Of a stretch of 64,000 nt of DNA, positions 9,590 to 18,776 are shown piece by piece (position 1 is the stretch's first letter; each line of letters starts with the position of its first letter). Below the pieces are notes generated by a model that was given only the letters and a program-made list of their open reading frames with translations, was not told the origin of the DNA and searched no databases. The position numbers were made by a program, and so were the translations under genes. The stretch lies in assembly GCA_902475535.1 (NCBI GenBank), contig CABRZR010000008.1:12217-76216 (forward strand), given 5' to 3'. This DNA is from an uncultured Coriobacteriia bacterium (GTDB lineage: Bacteria; Actinomycetota; Coriobacteriia; Coriobacteriales; QAMH01).

Positions 9590-10330
9590 ATGATTCTCGT
9601 CCCCGCAATCGACATTCTCGATGGACGTGCAGTGCGTCTGAGGAAAGGCGACTACGCGCAGGTGACCGTCTACAACGATGATGCCGTGGCGCAAGCGCAC
9701 CTCTTTGAGGAAGCGGGAGCGCAGCGCATCCATATCGTTGACCTCAATGGTGCCCGTGATGGAGCGCCCACTAATATGAACATCATCGCGCGCATCGCCC
9801 GCGAGACAAACGTCGAGATCGAGATCGGCGGCGGCATTCGCAGCATGGAGACGATCGAGCGCTATCTCGATGCAGGGGCGACGCGGCTCGTGCTCGGCAG
9901 TGCGCTCGTGCGCGATCCCGCGTTTTGCGAGGCGGCCGTTGCGGCGCACGCCGACAACATCGTCGCCGGCATTGACGCCAAGGATGGCATGGTGGCCATC
10001 GAGGGCTGGTGCGAGGGGACGAGCACGCCGGCGGCAGAGCTCGTGGCCGAGCTCAAGGACCGGGGCATTCACGAGCTCGTCTACACTGACATCGCGCGCG
10101 ATGGCATGCAGACGGGTATCGATGCAGCTGCCTATGGGCGGCTTGCGCAGGTCGCGGGTTTTCCGATCACGGCATCCGGTGGCGTGGCCACGCTTGCGGA
10201 CATCTACGCGCTCGGAGAGCTTCCCGCAGGTAGCATCGATGGTGTCATTACCGGTCGTGCCATCTATGAGGGCGCCTTCACCGTTGAAGAGGGTGTCGCG
10301 GCATGCAAGGAGGCGAGCGCACGATGCTGA
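9590..10330 (+). CDS. hisA: ProFAR isomerase
   Basis: The product begins [31 protein letters not shown].. and shows (beta/alpha)8 HisA motifs. Confidence 0.9.
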   Translation: MILVPAIDILDGRAVRLRKGDYAQVTVYNDDAVAQAHLFEEAGAQRIHIVDLNGARDGAPTNMNIIARIARETNVEIEIGGGIRSMETIERYLDAGATRLVLGSALVRDPAFCEAAVAAHADNIVAGIDAKDGMVAIEGWCEGTSTPAAELVAELKDRGIHELVYTDIARDGMQTGIDAAAYGRLAQVAGFPITASGGVATLADIYALGELPAGSIDGVITGRAIYEGAFTVEEGVAACKEASARC

Positions 10331-11088
10331 CGAAGCGCGTCATCCCATGCCTGGACGTGAAGGACGGGCGCGTCGTCAAGGGCGTGAACTTCGTCAACTT
10401 GCGCGATGCGGGCGATCCGGTAGATTTGGCAAATGCGTACGACGAACAAGGTGCCGACGAGGTCATCTTCCTCGATATCACGGCGACCCACGAAGGACGT
10501 AAGACGACCATCGCAATGGCATCGCGTGCGAGCGAGGAAGTGCACATTCCCTATGCCGTGGGCGGCGGTTTCAAGTGCGTCGATGATATGCGGCAGATGA
10601 TTGCCGCGGGCGCTGACAAGGTGTCGCTCAACTCGGCCGCGCTGGCCGACCCCTCGATTATCACCGCAGGGGCGCTTGCGTTTGGTAGCCAGGCGATTTT
10701 GGTCGCTATCGATGCCAAAAGGGCATCGGATGGCTCAGATAAGTGGACAGCGTATGTGCATGGGGGTCGTAAGGACACGGGTATCGACGCCATCGAATGG
10801 GCCCGCGAGGCGGCACGTCGCGGTGCCGGCGAGATCTTGCTTACGAGCATGGACTGCGACGGCTCCAAGGACGGTTTCGACATCGCGCTCACGCGCGCGG
10901 TCGCACGCGCAGTGGATATCCCGGTCATCGCGAGCGGTGGCGTGGGCAAGCTCGAGCACTTCGCCGAAGGCATCATCGAGGGCGAGGCCGATGCCGTGCT
11001 TGCGGCGAGCGTCTTTCACTTTGGCGAGCTCACGGTGCGCCAGGTGAAGGAGTACATGGCGAAGCAGGGGATACCCGTGCGGCTGTGA
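10324..11088 (+). CDS. hisF: imidazole glycerol phosphate synthase, cyclase subunit
   Basis: ATG 10324 gives [33 protein letters not shown].. and overlaps the hisA stop (ATGCTGA). Confidence 0.9.
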   Translation: MLTKRVIPCLDVKDGRVVKGVNFVNLRDAGDPVDLANAYDEQGADEVIFLDITATHEGRKTTIAMASRASEEVHIPYAVGGGFKCVDDMRQMIAAGADKVSLNSAALADPSIITAGALAFGSQAILVAIDAKRASDGSDKWTAYVHGGRKDTGIDAIEWAREAARRGAGEILLTSMDCDGSKDGFDIALTRAVARAVDIPVIASGGVGKLEHFAEGIIEGEADAVLAASVFHFGELTVRQVKEYMAKQGIPVRL

Positions 11089-11193
11089 TGCGGATACGGG
11101 GTATCTGCTGAGGCTCGCGGTAAGCGTGACATCATCACCTCGAATATGCCATGTCATCCGCACGGGTACACTACTTTGCCATATAGGGTGAAT

Positions 11194-11226
11194 AATGAGA
11201 CAGTTGCTCAGAGACATTGTCTCATT
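11194..11226. repeat. palindromic element, family P1
   Basis: AATGAGACAGTTGCTCAGAGACATTGTCTCATT, between hisF and the SDR gene. Confidence 0.85.
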
Positions 11227-11347
11227 GAAGCGAAGAAATCTCCTTGCGCATCATTGTGTAAAGGATAAGGATGTGCACGTTGCTGCTTCGTCATGAGGAC
11301 ATGATGGGGTATTGTTCTTCTCATCGTATATATCGAAGGGGGTCAAC

Positions 11348-12103
11348 ATGAAGATTCTGGAAGGTAAGAATGCCGTTGTCACCGGCGGGACGCGTGGAAT
11401 CGGCCTGGCCATCGTGCGTACCATGCTCGACACGGGCGCGAACGTTGCCGTCGCCGGTTCGCGCATGGAGACGGCCGAGGTCGCGGTTGCCAAGCTCATC
11501 GAAGAGGATCCGGCGCTTGCCGACCGCCTGATCGCCATCGCTCCCAACCTCAACGACCCCGATGCCGTCGCGGCGGCATTTGACGAGGTCGTGAACGCTT
11601 TCGGGAGTCTCGATATCCTATGCAACAACGCGGGCGTGAGCTCACGCACGCCGCTCGTGGACTACACGGTCGAGGAGTTCGAGCGCATCGTGGACCTCAA
11701 CCTCAACGCGGTGTTCGTCTGCTCGCAGGCCGCGGCGCGCATCATGATCGAGCAAGGTGGTGGCGTCGTCATCAACACGAGCTCGATGGTTGGCCGTGAC
11801 GGACAGCCTGCCGGTTGCGCCTATCCGACGACGAAGTTCGCCGTCAACGGTCTTACGCTGTCGCTGGCGCGCGAGCTTGCCGGCAAGGGAATCCGCGTGA
11901 ATGCCGTCGCGCCGGGCGTCATCCACACCGACATGGTCGACGCGCTGCCCGACGAGGTCATCAAGCCGCTTATTGCGACGATTCCGCTTGGTCGCATGGG
12001 CGAGCCCGAGGACATCGCCGATGCCGTCGTGTTCCTGGCAAGTGACATGGCGAGTTATATCTCCGGCGTCGTGCTGCCCGTCGATGGTCTGGCGCGTACG
12101 TAG
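11348..12103 (+). CDS. SDR-family oxidoreductase (FabG-like)
   Basis: ATG 11348 follows GAAGGGGG. The product reads MKILEGKNAVVTGGTRGIGLAI.. (TGxxxGIG), with NNAG and a ..Y...K-type core. Confidence 0.8.
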   Translation: MKILEGKNAVVTGGTRGIGLAIVRTMLDTGANVAVAGSRMETAEVAVAKLIEEDPALADRLIAIAPNLNDPDAVAAAFDEVVNAFGSLDILCNNAGVSSRTPLVDYTVEEFERIVDLNLNAVFVCSQAAARIMIEQGGGVVINTSSMVGRDGQPAGCAYPTTKFAVNGLTLSLARELAGKGIRVNAVAPGVIHTDMVDALPDEVIKPLIATIPLGRMGEPEDIADAVVFLASDMASYISGVVLPVDGLART

Positions 12104-12135
12104 GGATAGCTCAGCGTAACGAACGATCCTCCCCT

Positions 12136-12262
12136 TGTCATTTCGACCGAAGCATGGGGTACCTCCCTCGTCATTTCGAGTGGAGCGAAGCGGAGTCGAG
12201 AAATCTCCCGCATCGAGATCTCTCCATTCCGCGGCTTTGCAGCCGCTCCAGTCGAGATGACA
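12136..12262. repeat. foldback repeat, family FB (GTCATTTCGA...GAGAAATCTC units)
   Basis: It contains TGTCATTTCGACCGAAGC, GTCATTTCGAGTGGAGCGAAGCGGAGTCGAGAAATCTC and the inverted GAGATCTCTCCATTCCGCGGCTTTGCAGCCGCTCCAGTCGAGATGACA. Confidence 0.85.
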
Positions 12263-12296
12263 GGGGACACCGTGTTCCGGATACCTTGTGACGGAG

Positions 12297-13103
12297 TTAC
12301 ACGGTGACGCCGGCGAAGCGTTCGGCATTGCGCCAGAGCATGGCGTCGAACTCTTCGTCGGTGAAATCGAGGGCGCGGAAGGCCTCGTATTCGCTGATGG
12401 GACTCCACATCGGGTGGTCGCTGCCCCACATGACGCGGTCAACACCCCACATGCGTACGAGTTCTGCCGTGTGACGGTCGCCCATGAGCGGCTGCGAGCT
12501 TGAGGTATCGATGAAGAGGCTGTCGTATTTCCCCAGGTAATCGTAGCCTTGGTCATAGATTGACCAGCCTCCGAAGTGTGCCGCATCCACGACAAGGTTC
12601 GGGAACGCGTCAAGCATGCGCGCGAGTCTGCGCGGATGCGAGAAGTCGTGGCGATAGTCGCCGGTGTGGATGGTGATGGGCAATCGGCCGGCGATGATCT
12701 CGTAGAACTCCATGAGACGCGGGTCATCCGTATCGACCATCTGCGTGTCGGGGTGGATCTTGAAGCCGTGCAGGCCAAGCTCTATTGCGCGTTCGACCTC
12801 GGCTTCCTTGTCCTCGAAATCGGGATGCATGGTGCCGAAGCCGATGAACTCGGGATGCGCGTGCGCTTGCTCGGCGATGAAATCGTTGATGCTCGTCACG
12901 GCATGGGGCGTCGTGGCAACCGAGTGGACGATGAAGTGCGTGATGGGGGAGGTATCCGCGCAGGCAAGCAGCGCCTCGGGTGTACCGGGGCTGCAGGTGC
13001 CCCCGTCGAACATCTCGACACCGTAAAATGCGCCGACTGCTTCGACGGCTCTCGTTGCTATTTTCTCTGGATAGATATGCGCGTGTGCATCGATAACTGC
13101 CAT
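12297..13103 (-). CDS. metal-dependent amidohydrolase (Amidohydro_2-type TIM barrel)
   Basis: ATG at 13103 is preceded by AAGGAGAAACC. The product begins MAVIDAHAHIYPEKIA.., an HxH metal motif. The track start at 13211 is an upstream extension. Confidence 0.75.
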   Translation of the reverse strand: MAVIDAHAHIYPEKIATRAVEAVGAFYGVEMFDGGTCSPGTPEALLACADTSPITHFIVHSVATTPHAVTSINDFIAEQAHAHPEFIGFGTMHPDFEDKEAEVERAIELGLHGFKIHPDTQMVDTDDPRLMEFYEIIAGRLPITIHTGDYRHDFSHPRRLARMLDAFPNLVVDAAHFGGWSIYDQGYDYLGKYDSLFIDTSSSQPLMGDRHTAELVRMWGVDRVMWGSDHPMWSPISEYEAFRALDFTDEEFDAMLWRNAERFAGVTV

Positions 13104-13228
13104 GGTTTCTCCTTCAACATGCAGCATCCTACCCCAATCATGAAGTTTGGGGAAGATAAAAGGCGAAAAGTCGGGTAATGGACGTTCTGGACGAGTGGCT
13201 ATTCTAGACATGGCGACCAGAATAGGAA

Positions 13229-13318
13229 GGGGACGGGATGAGACAGTTGCTCAGGGACGTTGTCTCATTCGTCAGAAAATGAGACAACGTCCCTGAGCAA
13301 CTGTCTCATCCCGTCCCC
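13229..13318. repeat. double P1 element forming a 40-bp-arm perfect inverted repeat
   Basis: GGGGACGGGATGAGACAGTTGCTCAGGGACGTTGTCTCAT - 10 nt - ATGAGACAACGTCCCTGAGCAACTGTCTCATCCCGTCCCC, in a divergent promoter region. Confidence 0.9.
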
Positions 13319-13327
13319 CGTGCCCTC

Positions 13328-13873
13328 ATGTACACTGGACCCATGGAATACACGCGACATATCCACGAGATCGAGCCGGTATTCGATGGGCGCTCACGTG
13401 TCTTGCTGCTTGGCAGCTTTCCCTCGCCCAAGTCGCGGGAGCTTGGCTTCTTCTATGGTCATCCGCAAAACCGCATGTGGAAGGTGCTTGCTGCGGTGAC
13501 GGGCGAAGACGTGCCACAGACTGTTGCCGAGCGCCGCGCTTTTCTGCTGCGCAACGGTATCGCGATGTGGGATGTGCTCGCCAGCTGTGCCATCAAGGGC
13601 GCATCGGATGCGAGCATCCAGGATGCCGTTCCCAACGATTTGTCGCGCGTCCTCGACACGGCGCCCATCGAGCGCGTCTACGCGACGGGCGCAAAGGCGC
13701 ATGAACTCTATCGGCGCTACTTGGAGCCCGTATATGGGCGAGAGTGCACGCGCCTGCCTTCGACGAGTCCGGCGAACGCGGCAATGGGACTCGACGAGCT
13801 TATCGAGGCGTACCGGGTGATTTGCGAAGTGAGAACGCCGCGGCTGCGACGCGCAAAAATGGCCAATGTCTAG
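13328..13873 (+). CDS. uracil-DNA-glycosylase-superfamily enzyme, DNA-deoxyinosine (hypoxanthine) glycosylase type
   Basis: The product contains ..VLLLGSFPSPKSRELGFFYGHPQNRMWKVLA..TSPANA, the family-6 UDG pattern. Confidence 0.7.
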   Translation: MYTGPMEYTRHIHEIEPVFDGRSRVLLLGSFPSPKSRELGFFYGHPQNRMWKVLAAVTGEDVPQTVAERRAFLLRNGIAMWDVLASCAIKGASDASIQDAVPNDLSRVLDTAPIERVYATGAKAHELYRRYLEPVYGRECTRLPSTSPANAAMGLDELIEAYRVICEVRTPRLRRAKMANV

Positions 13874-14062
13874 GGTCAGGGGCATGCAAACGCACAAAAA
13901 TAGCCGATGTCTAGGGCTGCTTGAGAGCAAAGGCTAGACATTCGAGATTATTGCGTATCAGAAGTGTTGAGACGCTAGACATTTGCCGTTTTTGCGCGGG
14001 AAGCGCCGAAAAAGCTTTGGCCAGGCCGCGCAAATCCTAGACACCTGCGGTTTCCGTGCACG
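13851..14062. repeat. cluster of five ~24-bp repeats (GCAAAAAyGGCnAATGTCTAGGG), two forward and three inverted
   Basis: The forward copies are at 13851-13875 and 13891-13916. The inverted copies are at 13932-13955, 13973-13998 and 14036-14062. The cluster lies between convergent genes, and copy 1 encodes the last codons and the TAG of the glycosylase gene. Confidence 0.75.
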
Positions 14063-14077
14063 TATGGTGTCGCTGGC

Positions 14078-15337
14078 CTATGCAGAGAGCATGTCGAGGG
14101 CCCATTGGGCGGCAATGGTCGCGCCAGGAGCCAGGACGCTCTCATCGATACGATACAGGCAGCTGTGCTGTGGATGGGTGGCGCCGATATCGGGATTGTT
14201 GATGCCGGTGAAGACGAAGACACCGGGTACGTATTGCAGATACTCGGCAAAATCCTCGCCTGACAGCGTGCCGTGATACGTCCCGACGGCTTCCTCGCCG
14301 AGCGTCTTCTCGATGGCCTGCGCCGCGACGCGGGTCACGGCCTCGTCGTTTACCACGGCAGGGTTGCCGGGCGTGTACTCGATGTTGATACTCGCACCGT
14401 ATGCGCTGCCAATGCGACCGCCCATCTGCGAGAGCCTCTCCGCGATGAAGTCACGCGTCTTCTTGTTCCACGTACGCACGGTGCCGGTGATGTAGGCGCT
14501 CCCGGCCATGATGTTGCGGGCCGTACCGCCGTGAATTTCGCCAACGGTGACGACGACGGGCTCGAAGGGCGACGATCGACGGCTCACGAGCAATTGCAGC
14601 GCGTCGACGATCTCGCAGGCGACGACGATGGCGTCCAGGCCCTTGTGGGGCATCGAGCCATGGGCGCTTACGCCTTCGATGTCGATGCGGAACCAGTCGG
14701 TGTTACCCATGCGGCTGCCCGGCTCGGCGGAAAACGTCCCCGCATCGACCTCGCTCCACACGTGCTGGCCAAAGATGGCGTCCACGCCGTCGAGCGCACC
14801 GGCAGCGATCATATCGCGTGCGCCGATGGAGATTTCCTCGGCAGGCTGGAAGATGAGGCGGACCTCGCCATGCAGCTGGTCGCGCATGTCCATGAGGATT
14901 CGCGCGGCACCGAGTTGCATGGCCATGTGGCAATCATGGCCGCAGGCATGCATGACCCCGTCGTTCTGTGACGCGAAGGGCAGGTCGGTCTTCTCGGTGA
15001 CAGGCAGCGCATCCATGTCGCAGCGCAGGGCGACGCGCTTGGCGGGATTGCCCTGGCTATCGTAGGCGTCCGGTGCCTCGCCGCGTATGGTCGCGATGAT
15101 GCCGGTGCCGATAAACTCGTCACGCTCCTCGCGCTTGTCTTCGGGGTGTGGCCCGGTAATGCGCTCGTAGGGGATGCCGAGCTCGTCGAGATACGCGCAT
15201 ATGTAGTCGCTCGTGGCATGCTCCTGGGCGGAGAGCTCGGGATGCTGGTGGAAGTGGCGCCGCAGGGCGATGATGTCATCGGCGTAGCGCTCGCCTAGCT
15301 TGCGGGTAACTTGTGCTGTATCGGCTGTGTCGGACAT
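14078..15337 (-). CDS. M20-family amidohydrolase (N-acyl-amino-acid / hippurate hydrolase-like)
   Basis: ATG 15337 follows GAAGGAG. The product contains ..RRHFHQHPELS..MHACGHDCHMA.. motifs. Confidence 0.8.
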   Translation of the reverse strand: MSDTADTAQVTRKLGERYADDIIALRRHFHQHPELSAQEHATSDYICAYLDELGIPYERITGPHPEDKREERDEFIGTGIIATIRGEAPDAYDSQGNPAKRVALRCDMDALPVTEKTDLPFASQNDGVMHACGHDCHMAMQLGAARILMDMRDQLHGEVRLIFQPAEEISIGARDMIAAGALDGVDAIFGQHVWSEVDAGTFSAEPGSRMGNTDWFRIDIEGVSAHGSMPHKGLDAIVVACEIVDALQLLVSRRSSPFEPVVVTVGEIHGGTARNIMAGSAYITGTVRTWNKKTRDFIAERLSQMGGRIGSAYGASINIEYTPGNPAVVNDEAVTRVAAQAIEKTLGEEAVGTYHGTLSGEDFAEYLQYVPGVFVFTGINNPDIGATHPQHSCLYRIDESVLAPGATIAAQWALDMLSA

Positions 15338-15417
15338 GCTCGGCTCCTTCATCGGAAATCGCAGCCCTATGATACAGCGATTGCGGGATACGGATGAATG
15401 AGACAAGTGACGCCCAT

Positions 15418-15530
15418 TGTCATTTCGAGCGAAGCGAACGAAGTGAGCGGAGTCGAGAAATCCCGATCTTTGGCAGCGACGGGTGAGATTTCTCCACTCC
15501 GGCGCTTGCGCGCCTCCGGTCGAAATGACA
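15418..15530. repeat. foldback repeat, family FB (complete A unit + spacer + B unit)
   Basis: TGTCATTTCGAGCGAAGCGAACGAAGTGAGCGGAGTCGAGAAATC ... GAGATTTCTCCACTCCGGCGCTTGCGCGCCTCCGGTCGAAATGACA. The terminal inverted repeats are TGTCATTTCGA/TCGAAATGACA. Confidence 0.9.
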
Positions 15531-15539
15531 GGGGGCGGC

Positions 15540-17642
15540 CTACCTCAGCAGCTTGGTGAGCTTTCCGTTGGCGACGAGCGTGACCTTCTTGGTTGCGCGT
15601 GATATCGCGGTGTAGAGGCGGTGACGCGCGAGTGTCTCGTCGGGGTAGGAGCGATTGCCCGCATCAGGCACAATGACCTGGTCGAACTCGAGGCCCTTGG
15701 CAAGCTTGATGTCGAGCAGCAGCACGCCGTGTTCGGGCATGGTCTCCTTGCCGGCGCCCGTGACGATGGGCAAGTCTTCGAGCAGCTGCTCGAGCTTGGC
15801 CAGACGGCGTGCATCGGGGGCGATGATGGCGGCCAGGCACCTGGCTTCGAGCGCCTCCTCGACTGCCGTCTTGAGCTGCACCTCATAGTCGAGGTCATCG
15901 GCGCATTCGATGATGACCGGCTCGATGCCTGCCGGCTGGACAGACTCGACGCGCACGCGCTCCTCGTTATCGAGCAGGCTCGTGAACAGGGCCGTAATCT
16001 CCGGTGACGAACGGTAGCTCGTCATGAGCTCGCAGTTGTCGACCGAGCCGCATGCACGCGTGAAGACCTCGCGAATCTCGTCGAAGCTCGCCGTGCCTTC
16101 CCGGATGGCCTGGTTCTCGTCGCCGAGCATCATGAAATGCGCCTTGCCGAAGTAACGTGCCAGGCACATGAGCTGCGCGGCGCTATAGTCCTGGACCTCG
16201 TCGATCATAACGTAACGCGCGTGGCGCATGCCGCCACCGACGAGCGCGAGCTTGAGGTAGAGCCACTCGATGGCGCTCAGGTTTTCCGAGCCGGTCAGGC
16301 GCATGCCAATGGCGTCGAGACGCAGCCAGCGGCCCTCCGCGATCTCGTGTTCGACATCTGCATAGCGCCAGCGTAGGAAACGTTCTGTATAGCTCACGAG
16401 TTCGGCTTCGTCCATGTCGCCGATGTAAACGTTCTCGCCAAAGCACTCGATTTGCTCGGCATCGGACATGTCGCTGATCATGTCCTGGTATTTCTCGGAC
16501 TTGGCCAGACGCTTGATGCGCTGCTCAAGACGATCGAGGAGGTCATCGATGACGAGCGCGCTGCGATGCGAGCCGGTGGGGAGGTTCTTGAGCTTGCTCC
16601 ACGCTCCGTGCGCCTGAGCTGCCGTGATGACGGGCTCGCCTTCAATGCGGATGTCGGTAAAGTCGCCCTGCTTGAGCTTGAAGTCGGGGAGTTTCTCGTC
16701 AATGGCGCGCAGCGCGTCGGCGCTTACCTCACGCCCGAGGTCGCGGCTACCGAGACCGAGACCGCACATGAGCGATTCGAAGGTAATCGACGAAGGGTTG
16801 CTCTCGCCCATCTCGGGCAAGACGTTCTCGATATAGCGTTGGAACACCGGGTTGGGCGTGATGAGGAAGACGTCCTCGGGCTTGAGCGTGTCGCGCTGCC
16901 GGTAGAAGAGATAGGCAATGCGTTGCAGAAGTACCGAGGTCTTGCCAGAACCCGCGATGCCGCTGACGAGCAGCGCCGGGACATCCTCATGGCGGATGAC
17001 CTCGTTTTGCTCCTTCTGGATAGTTGCCGTAATGGCCGACAGGCGCGAGGAACGGTTCTGCGCGAGCGCTGCAAGCAGCATTTCGTCCTGGATGGCGACG
17101 GTGGTGTCAAAGAGGGCCTTGAGCTGGTCGCGCTCGATGTCGAACTGGCGGCGCAGCTTGAGTTCGCAGTCGATGGTGCGACCGTTGGCTTCGTAGCTTG
17201 TCTTGCCGTTGTCCTGGTTGTAGTAGACCTCGGCGATGGGACTGCGCCAATCGACGATGAAGTGACGGTAGTCGTCGTCGGTCATGCCGACGTTGCCGAT
17301 GTAGACGTCCTTGGGCTCGCTGCCAGGCTTGAACTGGAGCGTGACCTTGGCGAAGTAGGGCTGCTTGAGGAGGAGCTGCGCGCGATGCAGGCGCTCGGTC
17401 GTGACGTCGGCCGCGATGTTGTAGGTGTCGATGATGCGGTTGACGGCCTCGAGCTCGGCCATGGTCTCGACGTGGATGTCTGCGTCGAAGTCGAAGTTGA
17501 GCTCGTCGGTGATGAGGTCCTTCTCGGAAGCGACCTCGCTGAAGATGCTCGCGAGCTGCTCTCGCAGGCTGCGCTCGATGCTCTGGAGCTTCGCGTATGT
17601 CGTGCTCAGGTGCTCTTGTTCGGCTTCGAATGTCTTGTCCAT
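15540..17642 (-). CDS. helD: UvrD-like helicase IV / HelD-type RNA-polymerase-associated ATPase
   Basis: The 700-aa product has an N-terminal coiled segment (MDKTFEAEQEHLSTTYAKLQSIE..), a Walker A motif (GIAGSGKTSVLLQRIAYL) and a C-terminal UvrD_C segment (..LYTAISRATKKVTLV). Confidence 0.75.
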   Translation of the reverse strand: MDKTFEAEQEHLSTTYAKLQSIERSLREQLASIFSEVASEKDLITDELNFDFDADIHVETMAELEAVNRIIDTYNIAADVTTERLHRAQLLLKQPYFAKVTLQFKPGSEPKDVYIGNVGMTDDDYRHFIVDWRSPIAEVYYNQDNGKTSYEANGRTIDCELKLRRQFDIERDQLKALFDTTVAIQDEMLLAALAQNRSSRLSAITATIQKEQNEVIRHEDVPALLVSGIAGSGKTSVLLQRIAYLFYRQRDTLKPEDVFLITPNPVFQRYIENVLPEMGESNPSSITFESLMCGLGLGSRDLGREVSADALRAIDEKLPDFKLKQGDFTDIRIEGEPVITAAQAHGAWSKLKNLPTGSHRSALVIDDLLDRLEQRIKRLAKSEKYQDMISDMSDAEQIECFGENVYIGDMDEAELVSYTERFLRWRYADVEHEIAEGRWLRLDAIGMRLTGSENLSAIEWLYLKLALVGGGMRHARYVMIDEVQDYSAAQLMCLARYFGKAHFMMLGDENQAIREGTASFDEIREVFTRACGSVDNCELMTSYRSSPEITALFTSLLDNEERVRVESVQPAGIEPVIIECADDLDYEVQLKTAVEEALEARCLAAIIAPDARRLAKLEQLLEDLPIVTGAGKETMPEHGVLLLDIKLAKGLEFDQVIVPDAGNRSYPDETLARHRLYTAISRATKKVTLVANGKLTKLLR

Positions 17643-17674
17643 GTTGCCCCTTTGGCGTTGGTGGTGTGTGCGGT

Positions 17675-17753
17675 GCCGGGATGAGACAGTTGCTCAGGGA
17701 CGTTGTCTCATCGGGAATGAGACAACGTCCCTGAGCAACTGTCTCATCCCGGC
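17675..17753. repeat. double P1 element forming a 37-bp-arm perfect inverted repeat
   Basis: GCCGGGATGAGACAGTTGCTCAGGGACGTTGTCTCAT - CGGGA - ATGAGACAACGTCCCTGAGCAACTGTCTCATCCCGGC, between divergent helD and the spermidine-synthase-like gene. Confidence 0.9.
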
Positions 17754-17849
17754 GGCACCCGTCTCGTCCTACCGTGGTCCAATCAAAACATGGCAATCAA
17801 TTGTACGCGAGTGCGATGAATGTGACCATGCCGCCCAGGGGATTTCTCA

Positions 17850-18776
17850 GTGAGCTATCATACGGACATGGATCCGATCTGGCTCATAGGTGGATGCGTG
17901 CTGGCGGTCGTGGCTGTTGCCGCGGTCGTGGCCGTCGTTCTCGTTCGCCGATATAGGCGTCAACGGGAGATCTTCATCAAGTTTGACACGATGGCGGGGC
18001 CGTGCCGTATCTTCACGATCGAGCGCAAGGATGGTTTGGTGCGCGTGATGAACGTGGCGGGTACCATGCAGTCTGCCACCTATCTCGATGATGACACGTA
18101 CTGCGATCTTCCCTATGCCTACACGCGCGACTACGACAGCATGTTCTTCGCCGGGGTTCCCGTGCGTGATGTGCTGGTTTTGGGTGGTGGCGGGTATTCG
18201 TATCCCAAGCACCTGATTGCGCATCATCCGGAGACATACGTGACGTGCGTTGAAATAGACCCGGTCATCACGGCGATTGCGTGTCGATACTTCTTCGTGG
18301 ATCGTCTTTTCGAGGAATATGACCTCGATGAAACGGGGCGCCTGCAGCTCGTCGAGGGCGATGCGCGGGAGTTTCTCGAAGAAACGGACGAGCGCTACGA
18401 TGCGATTGTAAACGACTGCTTCAGTGGCATGAGCCTCGTCGAGAGCCTCGTGACGCGAGAGGCCGTGCAGCTGTATCACGAACATCTGCGCGAGAATGGC
18501 GTCTATCTGGCCAACGTGATTGGCGCGATAGAAGGGCCGCGCTCACGCATGATGCGTCGCATCATGCGCACGCTTGCGAGCGAGTTCGCACATGTCTACG
18601 TGCTACCGGGACAACCCGATATTCTCTCGAATTGCGACAACAACGTTGTGATAGCGACAGACGGTCCATGGCGTTTCGCAGGTGCGATCGAGCTTGCGAC
18701 CTGGGAGCTTTCGGATGCCGAGTTGCTGCTCGACGCAAACACGGCCGAGGAGGATTGGACCGTGCTCAGGGCGTAG
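17850..18776 (+). CDS. membrane-anchored spermidine-synthase-like methyltransferase-fold protein
   Basis: It has an N-terminal TM helix (IWLIGGCVLAVVAVAAVVAVVLV), then VLVLGGGGYSYPKHLIAHHPETYVTCVEIDPVI and YDAIVNDCF motifs. The start is GTG 17850, with ATG 17868 as an alternative. Confidence 0.65.
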   Translation: MSYHTDMDPIWLIGGCVLAVVAVAAVVAVVLVRRYRRQREIFIKFDTMAGPCRIFTIERKDGLVRVMNVAGTMQSATYLDDDTYCDLPYAYTRDYDSMFFAGVPVRDVLVLGGGGYSYPKHLIAHHPETYVTCVEIDPVITAIACRYFFVDRLFEEYDLDETGRLQLVEGDAREFLEETDERYDAIVNDCFSGMSLVESLVTREAVQLYHEHLRENGVYLANVIGAIEGPRSRMMRRIMRTLASEFAHVYVLPGQPDILSNCDNNVVIATDGPWRFAGAIELATWELSDAELLLDANTAEEDWTVLRA

